DNA of 64,000 nt from an uncultured delta proteobacterium (GTDB lineage: Bacteria > Myxococcota > Myxococcia > Myxococcales > Myxococcaceae). Numbering within the stretch: position 1 is the stretch's first letter; every line of letters begins with the position of its first letter. This document shows, piece after piece, positions 53,878-64,000 of this stretch. Where the stretch lies: positions 480,001 through 544,000 of the forward strand of contig CAVZMH010000015.1 of NCBI GenBank assembly GCA_963776345.1. The letters run 5' to 3'. The notes beneath the pieces were generated by a model, which was not told where the DNA came from, made no database searches, and worked only from the letters and a program-made list of their open reading frames with translations. Both the position numbers and the translations under genes were made by a program.

Positions 53878-55005
53878 CTAGCGCAAGGGCGGCAGGAGGA
53901 TGAACTCCTGCGGTCCCAGGCGGCGGTAGTAGTAACGCTCCACCCAGGGGAAGCGCACGTCGCTGGAGGACAGGAGCCCCTGCTCCACCAGCGCCTCCAG
54001 GGACCCCGGGACCTCTCCTCGCTCGAGCCGGTACACCGCCAGCGCCCCCTCGATGCGGCTGACCTGGGCCCGGGTGATCTGCTGCCGGAGCACCCCCTCG
54101 GCGAAGCCCGCGCCGGTGCTGGAGCGGACCGCCCAGGGATTCAGCTGCGTCCCCAGCAGGACGCCCACGATGCCCGCCAGCACCACCATGCTCACCGCCA
54201 GGCGCCCGAGCGCCCCGCGCACCTTGTCGACGAGGCCGATGTCGTCCTCGGGCAGGTCCGGCTCGCCCACCGGCATCAGCGCCGTCAGGTGGCCGAGGTT
54301 GGCCAGGTTGCAGAGCGCCTTGCAGGTCTCGAACTCGCCGAGGCACGACAGGTCGATGAGCTTGCGGACGTCGCGGTACCCGTTCACCAGGGCGAATACC
54401 CGGCGCTCCGACGGTCCGATGGACGCGAACTCTCCCGAGGGGTCGGAGGCCGAGGGCTCGGGCGCGAGGGACTTGCCCGGGGCGAAGACCAGGTCGTAGC
54501 GAGGGATCCGCTTCCGGATCACCGGCCACTCGTCCACCATCCGGAAGCCTTCCATCAGCACCGACTCGGCGCGCACCGGATCCAGGTCGTGCGTGTCGTG
54601 GTGGACGGGGCCCTGCTGGAACTCGTAGGTGCCGGTCTTCCAGGTGAAGAGGCGGTAGAGCGTCTCGTTGAACTGCAGCTGCGCCATCCGCCGGTACTGG
54701 TCCTTGGTGAGGACGCCCTGGGAGATGAGGCAGTCGCCGAGCCGCTGGAGCGAGCGCTTCTGCGTCTCGAGCGCCAGCTCCAGCTGGGATTCGGTGATCA
54801 GCTCGGCCCGGACCAGCATGTGGCCGAAGAGATCCCGCTTCTTCTTCGTGGCGCTCTCGGCGGAGACGATGGCCCCGTCGACGAAGCCGACCTTCACCTC
54901 CTGGTCCTTGGACCGCAGATGCAGCACGCCGGTCTTCTGCTGCTGGGCGATGAGCTGGAGGATGTCGGCGATGCCGAAGTCCTTGAGCGTGCCGGCCAGC
55001 GCCAT
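53878..55005 (-). CDS. DUF4388-domain membrane protein with a C-terminal GspG/pseudopilin-like segment
   Basis: MALAGTLKDFGIADILQLI...KTGVL (DUF4388-like), LFTWKTGTYEF, one TM helix, then ALAVYRLERGEVPGSLEALV...FPW..RYYY. Confidence 0.72.
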   Translation of the reverse strand: MALAGTLKDFGIADILQLIAQQQKTGVLHLRSKDQEVKVGFVDGAIVSAESATKKKRDLFGHMLVRAELITESQLELALETQKRSLQRLGDCLISQGVLTKDQYRRMAQLQFNETLYRLFTWKTGTYEFQQGPVHHDTHDLDPVRAESVLMEGFRMVDEWPVIRKRIPRYDLVFAPGKSLAPEPSASDPSGEFASIGPSERRVFALVNGYRDVRKLIDLSCLGEFETCKALCNLANLGHLTALMPVGEPDLPEDDIGLVDKVRGALGRLAVSMVVLAGIVGVLLGTQLNPWAVRSSTGAGFAEGVLRQQITRAQVSRIEGALAVYRLERGEVPGSLEALVEQGLLSSSDVRFPWVERYYYRRLGPQEFILLPPLR

Positions 55006-55008
55006 GGG

Positions 55009-57176
55009 CTAGCTCCTCTCCCGCGCCAGGTGACGGAGCGAGGCGCCCCAGGTGACGGCGAGCAGGACCAGGGCCAGCGCCAGCCACCCCGCGGCGCCCA
55101 GCGACAGTCCCGGCGTCCGGAGGAGCCCCTCGCGGTTGACGGCCACGGTGATGCCGAAGGCGAAGACGAAGGCGTGCAGCGCCCCCCGGACGGGCAGCCC
55201 GGTGAAGAGGTGGCCGGCGCCCGACCAGAGCAGGCCCAGCGCATACGCCTGCCGGCTCACCCACGTCTGGTGGTGGCGGACCTCCATCTCCTTGTTCACC
55301 CGCGCCATGGGCGCCACCTTCCCGCGACGGGTGTAGACGTTGACGCACTGGTGACAGAGCTGGCTGTCCTCCACCAGCTCCGGGTCGCAGCGGCGGCATA
55401 CCGCCCGGCCGCACTTCACGCACCCCCGGCTGACCCCTCGCCCGCCCCTCACGAACCCGAGGCCGGCGAGCACCGCCACGCCGGCCAGCGGCACCAGCAC
55501 CGCGGCGCCCGGGTCGAGGTTTCCCACCAGGGTCTGGGCGAGCTGCGCGGTGACGCGGGCTCGCCGCTCGGGCCCGTCGGTCACCGGCGCCTCGCTGCGC
55601 GAGAGCGGGGGGGTGAGGAGGATGAGGTTCATCGCCGGGCGGCTGTCCGGGGGCTCGGCGCGGGTCATCAACCTCTCGTCGAGCCGCTGCGCGGCTGCGG
55701 CGGCGTTCTGCGCCCGGTCGAGCTCGGGCCCGACCGCGTCGTCGGACAAGGTGCGCGCGCGCCGGCGGTACACCCGCGAGACGTTCCACAGCGGCTCAGG
55801 CAGCGTGGGGTCCGCCTCGCTCGCCTTGGTGTACGCGGCGATGGCCTCGGGCCACCGGGTCTCGGCGAAGGCCACGTTGCCGAGCAGCGTCTGCGTCCGG
55901 GCGTCCCCGGGCCGGAGGCTCAGCGCCTTCTCCGCCTGGGCCCGCGCAGGCCCGAGCTTGCCGCGCCGGAGCTCCCAGCGCGCCAGGGCGTACACCTCCG
56001 GGAAGGTGGCCCGGGCCGCCTCGAGCCGCGCCTGCACGTCGGCCGCGGCCTCCGAGGCCTCCAGCCCTCCCCGCTCGAGCTGCAGCACGTCCTCGGCCGG
56101 CGTGCCGGCGAAGGTGGTGGCCTGCGCCAGCGCCCCGGCGAGCGGCGGGACCAGGCAGGCGCCGCCGAGCAGCACGGCGAGGAGCCACCGCTCCTTCGGG
56201 TCGAGGTAGAGCGTCACCGCCGCGAGGAGCACCAGCGACGGGAAGAGCAGGCCCATCCGGAACGCCCACGGAAGCAGCAACACCAGGATCAGCAGCACGC
56301 CCGCCTGCCACCGGGCCACGCCCCTGGGGAAGAGGTGGTGGACGTCGTGCACCAGCGAGGGGACGGTGCGGAGGAAGAGGACCACCAGCGCGGCCAGGGC
56401 CGTGGCGAGCCAGGCGACGAGCACCATCGCGCCGAGGTCACCGAGGAGGCCGCGGCTCCAGCGCGGATCGGCGAGCGCGGCGCGGCCGGCGCTCCGGGCG
56501 TCGGCCCAGAGCCGGCGGAGGTCGAAGGGGTCGTTGCCCAGGTGGGCGCGGAAGAGTCCCCAGTGCGCGTCGGGCAGGTCGGGCGAGAGGGCCACGGCGG
56601 ACTGGGCGAGCTCCACCGCGCCGGCGCCGTCGCGGCCGGCCGAGCGGACCTTCGTGCCCCGGAGCAGGGCGAGGCTGACCGACTCGAGATCGCCGATGGC
56701 CAGCGTCTCGCGCAGCTCCGCCAGGCGCTCGCGCGCGGCGCGGGAGGCCTTCGGGTCGCGGAGCCGCTCCGCCTCCTTCCAGGCGTTGAAGGCCTGGAGG
56801 ATGGTCTCGTCGCCCTCGGTCGGGACGAGGAGCGGCGGCGGCGGGGTGCGGTCCCGGGCCGACGCCGCCGGAGCGGCGTCCGGCGCAGGCGCCGGCACGG
56901 GGGCTGGCGCAGGCGCGCGCACCGGGCGGTGCCCCGGGCGGGCGGGCGCGCGGGCTGGCTCCTGGGCCTGCGCGTCGGCGCCCTCCCCGTCCTGCGCCGG
57001 GGCCTTCACCGGCTGGGGCGGGGGGGCTCGCGGCGGGTCCGGGCCGGGCGCGGCGCGGGGTTGTCCGGCGCGAGCTCCTCCACCGGGCGGGGCGGCTCGA
57101 GCTGCGCCGCTCCGGGGACCGAGGCCAGGAGCACGAGGGTGGCGAGGAGCGCGGGAGCCGCGCGGAGAGAGAGCAT
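55009..57176 (-). CDS. TPR-containing multi-pass membrane protein with a C-terminal Cys cluster; frameshift at a G7 tract near the 5' end
   Basis: Signal-peptide-like MLSLRAAPALLATLVLLASVPGAAQ from ATG 57176 is out of frame with ORF 55009-57009. TPR-like helices (ALSPDLPDAH, LRPGDARTQTLLGN); CVKC..CRRC..CHQC. Confidence 0.72.
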
Positions 57177-57260
57177 CGGCAAGCGGGTGCCTCCATGATA
57201 GGCGAGCGCCGCCGGGCCCTCACAATCCGGGTCAATCATGGGGGTCGGGTCGAGGAGGAC

Positions 57261-58400
57261 ATGGGACGCTCGGGAGAGGCCATGGAGCGCCTGGAGGGAA
57301 TCATGCGCACCCTGCGGGCCGAGGGCGGCTGCCCCTGGGACCGCGCGCAGGACATCCGGACCCTCCGTCCCTACCTCGTGGAGGAGACCTACGAGGTCCT
57401 GGACGAGATGGACCGCGTGGGCGAGGGCGGCCCCTGGCGGGCGCTGTGCGAGGAGCTGGGCGATCTCCTGTTCCAGATCGTCTTCCACGCCCAGCTCGCC
57501 CGCGAGCTGGGCGAGTTCTCGCTGGCCGAGGTGGCGACGGCCATCTCCGACAAGATCGTCTCCCGCCATCCGCACGTCTTCGAGGGCAAGACGGTGGGCG
57601 GCGCCGAGGAGGTTCTCCAGAACTGGGCCCGCCTCAAGGCCGAGGAGCGGCGGCGGAAGCACGGACGCGAGGGCTCGGTGCTGGACGGCGTCCCCTCGGC
57701 GGCCCCGGCCCTGCTCCGGGCCGAGCGGCTCACCGAGAAGGCCTCGCGCATCGGCTTCGACTGGCCGGACCTGGACGGCGTGCGGGCCAAGCTCACCGAG
57801 GAGCTGGAGGAGCTGGACGGAGCGCTCGCCTCGAAGGACGCCCGGGCCATCGAGCACGAGCTGGGTGACGTGCTGTTCAGCCTCGCCAACCTCGCCCGCT
57901 TCACCGCGACCCCCGCCGAGGACGCGCTCCGGGCGGCCAACGCGCGGTTCACCCGCCGGTTCCACGCCGTCGAGGACGGTCTCCGGGCCCGCGGCGTCCC
58001 GTTCGGGACCGCGACGCTCGCCGAGATGGACGCGCTCTGGCAGGAGGCGAAGGCGGGCGAGGCCGCGGTTCCGCCGCCCGCGTCGCCGCTGCGGGCTGCG
58101 GTGGCCCGGATCGAGCTCGGCGTGCCGGAGCCGGCGCGAGCCCACGCTTTCTGGAACCGAGTGGCGCCAGCGCTGGGCTGGACGGTTGAGGTCGACGGGG
58201 GCACGTGGTCCGTGGAGACGCCGGGGCTGTCCTTTTCCTACTCCGCCGGTGTGGCTGCGCCGGTCACCCTCGCCGTCGATGCGCCCGGCGGCGCGACCGA
58301 GGTGACCGCGCGCGTGCGCGAGGCCGGAGGCGTGGTGCTCTCCGAGCAGCCGCTGGTCTTCGAGGACCCGGTGGGCACATGTATTCAGGTGCGACGCTGA
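57261..58400 (+). CDS. mazG: Nucleoside triphosphate pyrophosphohydrolase MazG with a C-terminal VOC/glyoxalase-like domain
   Basis: GCPWDRAQ, EETYEV, EELGDLLFQ, RHPHVF, GFDW, ELGDVLF. GAGGAGG RBS. About 100 aa extension (IELGVPEPARAHAFW...FEDPVGTCIQV). Confidence 0.92.
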   Translation: MGRSGEAMERLEGIMRTLRAEGGCPWDRAQDIRTLRPYLVEETYEVLDEMDRVGEGGPWRALCEELGDLLFQIVFHAQLARELGEFSLAEVATAISDKIVSRHPHVFEGKTVGGAEEVLQNWARLKAEERRRKHGREGSVLDGVPSAAPALLRAERLTEKASRIGFDWPDLDGVRAKLTEELEELDGALASKDARAIEHELGDVLFSLANLARFTATPAEDALRAANARFTRRFHAVEDGLRARGVPFGTATLAEMDALWQEAKAGEAAVPPPASPLRAAVARIELGVPEPARAHAFWNRVAPALGWTVEVDGGTWSVETPGLSFSYSAGVAAPVTLAVDAPGGATEVTARVREAGGVVLSEQPLVFEDPVGTCIQVRR

Positions 58401-58687
58401 GCGCGGGTGCGCGCATCTGAGTTCCCACAGGAGTTGTGTGGAATCTGGGGAGAACGCTGTGGACCGTGACAAACGCGAGACGAGCGGAAGGCAACCGGCC
58501 GGGCGTGCAGAAGGTTTCAGCGCCGCACACCTCCGAGTCGGCACGCGGCGTTAGCCGGCCGAGAAGGCCCACTTCTCCACAAGAGCCCTGGTCCGCCGCC
58601 GGGGACCCTGGTTTCCCGGGCACCGACGGTCCCGGGGGTGGGGTCTCTCTTGACGACCGGCGGTCCCACCTATAGGGAGGGCCGCCC

Positions 58688-58954
58688 GTGGCAAACACCA
58701 AGTCAGCGCAGAAGCGAAACCGGCAGGCGGAGAAGCGCCGTGCCCGGAACCAGGCCGTCCGGACGCAGGTCAAGTCGGCGGTGAAGAAGGCCCGCGAGGC
58801 GCTGGCCTCGAAGGACCCCGCCAGGTTCCAGGAGGCCCTCCGCGCCGCGGCCCGGACGCTGGACAAGGCCGCCAGCAAGGGCGTGCTGCACAAGAAGAAC
58901 GCAAGCCGCCGCATTGCCCGGCTGGCCGCCGCGGCCCGCACCGCCCGCGCCTGA
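58688..58954 (+). CDS. rpsT: 30S ribosomal protein S20
   Basis: MANTKSAQKRNRQAEKRRARN, KGVLHKKNASRR; GGAGG RBS. Confidence 0.97.
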   Translation: MANTKSAQKRNRQAEKRRARNQAVRTQVKSAVKKAREALASKDPARFQEALRAAARTLDKAASKGVLHKKNASRRIARLAAAARTARA

Positions 58955-58959
58955 TCCGC

Positions 58960-58978
58960 GCGGCGCTCCGTGCGCCGC
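58960..58978. terminator. GC hairpin between convergent rpsT and lptE
   Basis: GCGGCGC-TCCGT-GCGCCGC, 7-bp stem without a U-tract. Confidence 0.3.
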
Positions 58979-59002
58979 TCCGCAGGCGTCCCCGTGTCGC
59001 CC

Positions 59003-59497
59003 CTACCCCGTCGAGAGCCGCGTGACCGCGTCGGCGGCGAGCGCGCTCGCCAGCCTGCGGATCGCGGCCTGACGGTTGGCCTCCGTCGTCAGCACGTCCG
59101 CCCGCAGCGCCGGAAGGTAGTCCTCGGTCCCGGAGACGTCGGTGGAGGCGAGCAGCGTCCCATCCCGGAACAGGCGGACGCGGAGCGTGGCCGAGACCCG
59201 GTAGGTGAGCGCGCCCGAGGTGCCCGGGGCGAGCTGCGCCACGCCGGCCCCCACCGCGAGGAGCTCGCCCTCGAGACGGCCCTCGCTGCCCTCGCCACCC
59301 AGGCGCCCCCCCCGCGCGAGCTGCTCGCGCAGCGCCTCGGTGAAGACGCCCTCGAGCCCGGGCTCGGTGGTGCGGTTGACGACGACCGGGGCGAAGACGT
59401 GGCGGATGCCCTGCGGGAAGCCCGGGCCCGCCGCGGTGAAGCCGTAGCCACAGCCGAGCGTCGCGACGCACGCCGCGGCGGCGAGCGCGCGCCTCAT
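59003..59497 (-). CDS. lptE: LPS assembly lipoprotein LptE
   Basis: Lipobox [17 protein letters not shown]; immediately downstream of leuS with ATGA overlap. Confidence 0.82.
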   Translation of the reverse strand: MRRALAAAACVATLGCGYGFTAAGPGFPQGIRHVFAPVVVNRTTEPGLEGVFTEALREQLARGGRLGGEGSEGRLEGELLAVGAGVAQLAPGTSGALTYRVSATLRVRLFRDGTLLASTDVSGTEDYLPALRADVLTTEANRQAAIRRLASALAADAVTRLSTG

Positions 59498-61992
59498 CCG
59501 ACGACGAAGTTGATGAGCCGCCTGGGGACGAAGACCACCTTGCGGAGCGCCTTGCCGGCCAGCGCCGCGCGGACCTTCTCCTCGCTCTCGGCCAGGGCCC
59601 GGACCTCGCTCTCCCCGGCGTCGGCGGCGACGCGGATCTCCCCGCGGAGCTTCCCGTTCACCTGGACGGCGTAGGGGAGCACGTCGTCGACCACCAGCGC
59701 GGGGTCGAACCCGGGCCAGCCGAGCGTGACGGTGGAAGCCTTCGCCCCGTACGCCTCGGCGACGGCATCGGCGAGGTGCGGGGCGAACGGGGTGAGCACC
59801 CGGCTGACGAGCCGGATGGCCTCGCCCATCGCCGCCGCCTCGGCCGGCGTCTCCGGCCGGCCGGCGTCGTAGAGCGCGTTGACGCACTCCATGACGAAGG
59901 CGATGCCGGTGTTGAAGGAGAGCCGGTCGATGGCCTCCCCCACCCGCTTCACGCACTTGTGCGCGGCGCGGCGGACGTCGAGCGCCTTGCCCTCGAACGG
60001 CCCCTCGTGCGCCGCCGTCGCGGCGACCTCCTGGTGCGCCGCGGCCAGCGCCCACACCCGCTTGAGGAAGCGGGCCTGCCCTTCCATCTGCTCGTCGCTC
60101 CAGTCGAAGTCCCGCTCCGCCGGTCCGGCGAAGAGCACGTACATCCGGACGGTGTCGGCGCCGTACCGGTCCACGATGGTCGAGGGCGCCACCACGTTGC
60201 CCCAGCGCTTGGACATCTTCCGCCCGTCCGGGCCGTTGACGATGCCCTGGGTGACGAGCCGGGTGACGGGCTCGTCGGTCGGGACCAGGCCGAGGATCTT
60301 CATCCACCGGCTCCAGAACCGGAAGTAGAGCAGGTGCATCACGCCGTGCTCGGGGCCGCCGACGTAGATGTCCACCGGGAGCCAGCGCTTCGCCAGCGCG
60401 GCGTCGAACGGCGCCCGGTCGAAGTGCGGCGAGAGGTAGCGCGCGTAGTACCAGCAGGAGTCGACGAAGGCGTCCATCGTCTCCACCTCGCGCCGGGCGG
60501 GGCCGCCGCACCTCGGGCAGGTCGTCTCGACGAAGGACTTCACCTTGGCCAGCGGCGGCTCGCCCTTGCCGGTGAGGACCGCCTGGGTGTCGATGTCCGG
60601 GAGCCGGACCGGGAGCTGGTCGTCCGGAAGGGGGATGCCCTTCCGCTCGGGGTCGCACCGCTCGCAGTAGACGATGGGGATGGGCGTGCCCCAGTAGCGC
60701 TGGCGGCTGAAGCCCCAGTCCTTCTGTCGGTAGGTGACGGTCGGCTTGCCGAGCCCGCGCTGCTCCAGCACCTGGCCCATCCGCCGGCGCGCCTCGTCCG
60801 AGGCGAGCCCGGAGTACTCGCCGGAGTCGACGAGGACGCCGTCGTCGTTGAAGGACTCGGTCCAGGCCTCGACCGGGCCGAGGTCGCGGCCGTCCGCCGG
60901 GCGGACCACCGGCCTGACGGGCAGCCCGTAGGTCCGGGCGAAGGCGAAGTCCCGGCTGTCGTGCGCCGGGACGGCCATCAGCGCGCCGGTGCCGTAGTCG
61001 CTGAGGACGAAGTTGGCGAGCCAGATGGGCACCGGCTTTCCGGTGAAGGGGTTGGTGGCGAAGGCCCCGGTGAAGACGCCCTCCTTCGGCGCCCCCTCGG
61101 CGGTGCGCTCGATCTTCCCCATCGCCGCCATCCGGGAGGCGAACGCCTCCACCTCCGCCCTGTGGCCGGGCGTGGTGAGGCTCGGGACCATCGGGTGGTC
61201 CGGGGCCAGCACCAGGACGGTGGCGCCGTACACGGTGTCGATGCGGGTGGTGAAGACGCGGATCGCCCGTCCGTCGGCGGTCTTGAAGTCGGCCTCGGCG
61301 CCCTCGCTCTTGCCGATCCAGTTCCGCTGGACGGAGGTGATGCGCTCCGGCCATGCGGTGAGCCCGTCGAGCGCCTGGAGGAGGTCCTCGCTGTTGCGGG
61401 TGATGCGGAAGGCCCACTCGGGCATCTGCCGGTCGACGACCGGCGAGTCGCACCGCTCGCAGCGGCCCTCCTTCACCTGCTCGTTGGCGATGACTGTGAG
61501 GCAGCCGGTGCACCAGTTCACCTTGGAGAACCGGCGGTACACCATGTCCCGCTCCCAGAGCCGGAGGAAGAACCACTGGTTCCACCGGTAGTACTCGGGA
61601 TCGCTGGTGTTGACCTCACGGCTCCAGTCGTAGGCGAAGCCGAGCGACCTCATGGCCGAGCGGAAGCGGTCGATGTTCTCGCGGGTGCGGACGGCGGGGT
61701 GGACCCCGTCCTTGATGGCCGCGTTCTCGGCCGGGAGCCCGAAGGCGTCCCATCCCATCGGGTGCAGCACGTCGAAGCCGCGCATCCGGTAGTAGCGCGC
61801 GTAGACGTCGCCGATCAGGTAGTTGCGGACGTGCCCCATGTGCATGGAGCCGCTGGGGTACGGCAGCATCTCCAGCACGTACTTCTTCGGCGCGTCGGGG
61901 CGGGCGTCGGCCCGGAACAGGCCGGCCTCCTCCCAGCGCGACTGCCAGATGGGCTCCAGGGACTTCGGGTCGTACCGCTCGCTGAGCTTCAT
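59494..61992 (-). CDS. leuS: Leucine--tRNA ligase
   Basis: [11 protein letters not shown] (HIGH), [29 protein letters not shown]. Start ATG 61992. Confidence 0.97.
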   Translation of the reverse strand: MKLSERYDPKSLEPIWQSRWEEAGLFRADARPDAPKKYVLEMLPYPSGSMHMGHVRNYLIGDVYARYYRMRGFDVLHPMGWDAFGLPAENAAIKDGVHPAVRTRENIDRFRSAMRSLGFAYDWSREVNTSDPEYYRWNQWFFLRLWERDMVYRRFSKVNWCTGCLTVIANEQVKEGRCERCDSPVVDRQMPEWAFRITRNSEDLLQALDGLTAWPERITSVQRNWIGKSEGAEADFKTADGRAIRVFTTRIDTVYGATVLVLAPDHPMVPSLTTPGHRAEVEAFASRMAAMGKIERTAEGAPKEGVFTGAFATNPFTGKPVPIWLANFVLSDYGTGALMAVPAHDSRDFAFARTYGLPVRPVVRPADGRDLGPVEAWTESFNDDGVLVDSGEYSGLASDEARRRMGQVLEQRGLGKPTVTYRQKDWGFSRQRYWGTPIPIVYCERCDPERKGIPLPDDQLPVRLPDIDTQAVLTGKGEPPLAKVKSFVETTCPRCGGPARREVETMDAFVDSCWYYARYLSPHFDRAPFDAALAKRWLPVDIYVGGPEHGVMHLLYFRFWSRWMKILGLVPTDEPVTRLVTQGIVNGPDGRKMSKRWGNVVAPSTIVDRYGADTVRMYVLFAGPAERDFDWSDEQMEGQARFLKRVWALAAAHQEVAATAAHEGPFEGKALDVRRAAHKCVKRVGEAIDRLSFNTGIAFVMECVNALYDAGRPETPAEAAAMGEAIRLVSRVLTPFAPHLADAVAEAYGAKASTVTLGWPGFDPALVVDDVLPYAVQVNGKLRGEIRVAADAGESEVRALAESEEKVRAALAGKALRKVVFVPRRLINFVVG

Positions 61993-62046
61993 GGGGTGGT
62001 CGGACGGTCCTACCTGCCTGGGGGGGCGATGGTAAAGAGCGCTCCC

Positions 62047-63351
62047 ATGGGACTCCCCGTCGTCACCATCAGCGGCATCGCGGCTCACGAGAACCAGGAG
62101 GTCGAGCTCCGGGGCTGGCTCTACAACAAGCGGAGCAGCGGCAAGCTCCACTTCCTCCAGGTCCGAGATGGCACCGGGGTCATCCAGGCAGTCATCTTCA
62201 AGAACGACGTGCCGCCGGAGCAGTTCACCCGTGCGGACCACCTGGGCCAGGAGACGGCGATCATCGTCCGGGGGCTGGTGAAGAAGGACGCCCGGAGCCC
62301 CATCGGCTACGAGCTCTCGGTGAAGGACCTCGAGATCGTCTCCGAGGCCAAGGATTACCCCATCACCCCCAAGGAGCACGGGGTGGCGTACCTGATGGAG
62401 CACCGCCACCTGTGGCTCCGCTCCGCGCGGCAGAACGTCATCCTCCGGGTGCGGGCCACGGTGGAGAAGGCCATCCGCGACTACTTCGACGAGAACGGCT
62501 TCACCCTGGTGGACGCGCCGATCTTCACCCCGGCCGCCTGCGAGGGGACGAGCACGCTCTTCACCGTCCCCTACTTCGACCTGGGGAACGCGTACCTCAC
62601 CCAGTCGGGCCAGCTGTACATGGAGGCCGCGGCCGCGGCGCTGGGGAAGGTCTACTGCTTCGGCCCCACCTTCCGGGCGGAGAAGAGCAAGACCCGGCGC
62701 CACCTGACTGAGTTCTGGATGGTGGAGCCCGAGGTCGCCTACATGACCCTGGCGGAGGACATGGTCCTCGCCGAGGGCCTGGTCTCGTTCATCGTCGGTC
62801 GGGTGATGGAGAAGCACGAGAAGGAGCTGGTCTCGGTGCTGGAGCGGGACGTGTCGAAGCTCAAGGGCGTCCAGGCGCCCTTCCCGCGCATCACCTACGC
62901 CGAGGCCATCGAGCGGCTGAAGGCGGCCGGACACCCCGCGAAGTGGGGCGACGACTTCGGCGGCGACGAGGAGACGGTGCTGGCCAGCCAGTTCGACCGG
63001 CCGGTCATCGTCCACCGCTACCCGGTGGAGCTGAAGGCGTTCTACTTCAAGCGGGACGCGTCGGACCCGCGGGTGGCGCTGGGCATGGACGTGCTCGCGC
63101 CCGAGGGCTACGGGGAGATCATCGGCGGCGGCCAGCGCGAGGACGACCTCGAGACGCTGGAGAAGCGCATCGCCGAGGCGCACCTGCCGCGCGAGGCGTT
63201 CGGATGGTACCTGGACCTCCGGAAGTACGGGACGGTGCCCCACGCCGGCTTCGGGCTCGGCGTGGAGCGGACGGTGGCCTGGGTCTGCGGGCTCCACCAC
63301 GTCCGGGAGACGATCCCCTTCGCCCGGATGATGGAGCGGATCACCCCGTAG
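62047..63351 (+). CDS. asnS: Asparagine--tRNA ligase
   Basis: [55 protein letters not shown]. Start ATG 62047. Confidence 0.95.
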   Translation: MGLPVVTISGIAAHENQEVELRGWLYNKRSSGKLHFLQVRDGTGVIQAVIFKNDVPPEQFTRADHLGQETAIIVRGLVKKDARSPIGYELSVKDLEIVSEAKDYPITPKEHGVAYLMEHRHLWLRSARQNVILRVRATVEKAIRDYFDENGFTLVDAPIFTPAACEGTSTLFTVPYFDLGNAYLTQSGQLYMEAAAAALGKVYCFGPTFRAEKSKTRRHLTEFWMVEPEVAYMTLAEDMVLAEGLVSFIVGRVMEKHEKELVSVLERDVSKLKGVQAPFPRITYAEAIERLKAAGHPAKWGDDFGGDEETVLASQFDRPVIVHRYPVELKAFYFKRDASDPRVALGMDVLAPEGYGEIIGGGQREDDLETLEKRIAEAHLPREAFGWYLDLRKYGTVPHAGFGLGVERTVAWVCGLHHVRETIPFARMMERITP

Positions 63352-63358
63352 GTCTCGC

Positions 63359-64000
63359 TCAGGGCGAGGTGTAGTGCCCGGTGACCGGCACGCGCTCGTC
63401 GTTCGCGCGGCCGGCACACTGCGTCGCCTGACCCTTCAGCTGACCGCCGTTCGCCTGGACGTCGAGCACGGCGCACCCGAACGCCAGCGAGCCCTTCTTC
63501 TCGCTCTCCAGCGTCAGCGCCTGCCGCTCTTTGCTGATGCTGTCGATCTCCGGCTGTAGCGGCTTCATGCACGCGCTCATCTGGCTCTGAGGGCCCTTGG
63601 TGCAGGCAGTCATCTTGGCCATCACCGCGTTGAACCTGGCGTCGAGGGCCTTCCACTCCTTGGACTGCATCAGGGCCATCATCCCCTGGCTCTGGGCCAT
63701 CGCCTCCTGCTGGCTGGTCTGCCTGTTGAGGGACAGAGAGTGGCTCCCGCGCCGGACCTGGTAGGTGTACGTGCCCAGGACCTTCCCCCCGCGGCGCCAC
63801 TCGCCGGTGGCGGTCGTCTCCTCCTTCCCGCAGGGGAAGGTCACCTTGAGGATCATCGTGTCGCCCGCGACCTCGAAGGTGAAGGTGTGCTCGCAGCCGA
63901 TCTCCAGGCCGGGCAGGGTGACCTGGATCGTCGACACCGCGGAGATGGCGGAGACGCCGAGGAGCTCCGGCGGTGCATCCGGCTTGGCCTTCACCGTCGC
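63359..64000 (-). CDS. Hypothetical protein (5' end outside the window)
   Basis: Open frame with high-GC3 codon usage and a normal amino-acid composition, several Cys; no recognisable family. Confidence 0.6.
   Translation of the reverse strand, partial: ATVKAKPDAPPELLGVSAISAVSTIQVTLPGLEIGCEHTFTFEVAGDTMILKVTFPCGKEETTATGEWRRGGKVLGTYTYQVRRGSHSLSLNRQTSQQEAMAQSQGMMALMQSKEWKALDARFNAVMAKMTACTKGPQSQMSACMKPLQPEIDSISKERQALTLESEKKGSLAFGCAVLDVQANGGQLKGQATQCAGRANDERVPVTGHYTSP

Noticed and set aside
58650..58678. TTGACG...TATAGG upstream of rpsT as a sigma70 promoter
   Set aside because: Spacer is 15 nt (17 nt only to a poor TAGGGA) and the start site would fall on the RBS. Plausible but not well supported.
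59494..63417. Apparent giant LeuS (1307 aa), AsnS (1191 aa) and LptE (860 aa) ORFs suggesting fusions
   Set aside because: The extensions are off-frame or antisense readings of neighbouring genes. True starts are 61992, 62047 and 59497.

Overview
High-GC, mostly core-genome window from a myxobacterium; the 16S rRNA looks Myxococcaceae/Cystobacterineae-like. From left to right it contains: a partial metal ABC ATPase; two tandem, divergent KamA-family radical-SAM aminomutases; a ~5.6 kb accessory-looking block (mini DnaJ, HemG-like flavodoxin, CMD protein, a MacAB-like ABC exporter broken by about 8 small indels, ABM protein); a complete minus-strand rRNA operon (16S-tRNA-Ile-tRNA-Ala-23S-5S) with tandem sigma70 promoters; gmk and yicC; a large LPS/outer-membrane cluster (GT9, split HldE, lpxK, two GT4, waaA, PHP hydrolase, msbA, lpxB, lpxI-lpxA-fabZ-lpxD-skp, bamA, lolD, lolC/E) with a three-gene pntAB transhydrogenase between bamA and skp; lysS, prfB with its programmed +1 frameshift, lnt, ybeY, a 7TM-HD phosphodiesterase, an orphan duplicated permease, phoH; a DUF4388/pilin-like plus TPR/zinc-finger membrane pair; a MazG-VOC fusion; rpsT, lptE, leuS, asnS and a partial hypothetical gene. 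I found no transposase, integrase, prophage or CRISPR array. The best candidates for undescribed biology are the TPR-Zn-finger/DUF4388-pseudopilin pair, the tandem KamA paralogues, the membrane-anchored PHP hydrolase inside the LPS operon, the MazG-VOC fusion, an Arg-rich uORF coupled to ybeY and a cluster of DnaA-box-like sites upstream of rpsT. Several frameshifts are probably sequencing errors. All assignments come from motif recognition; no database search was run.
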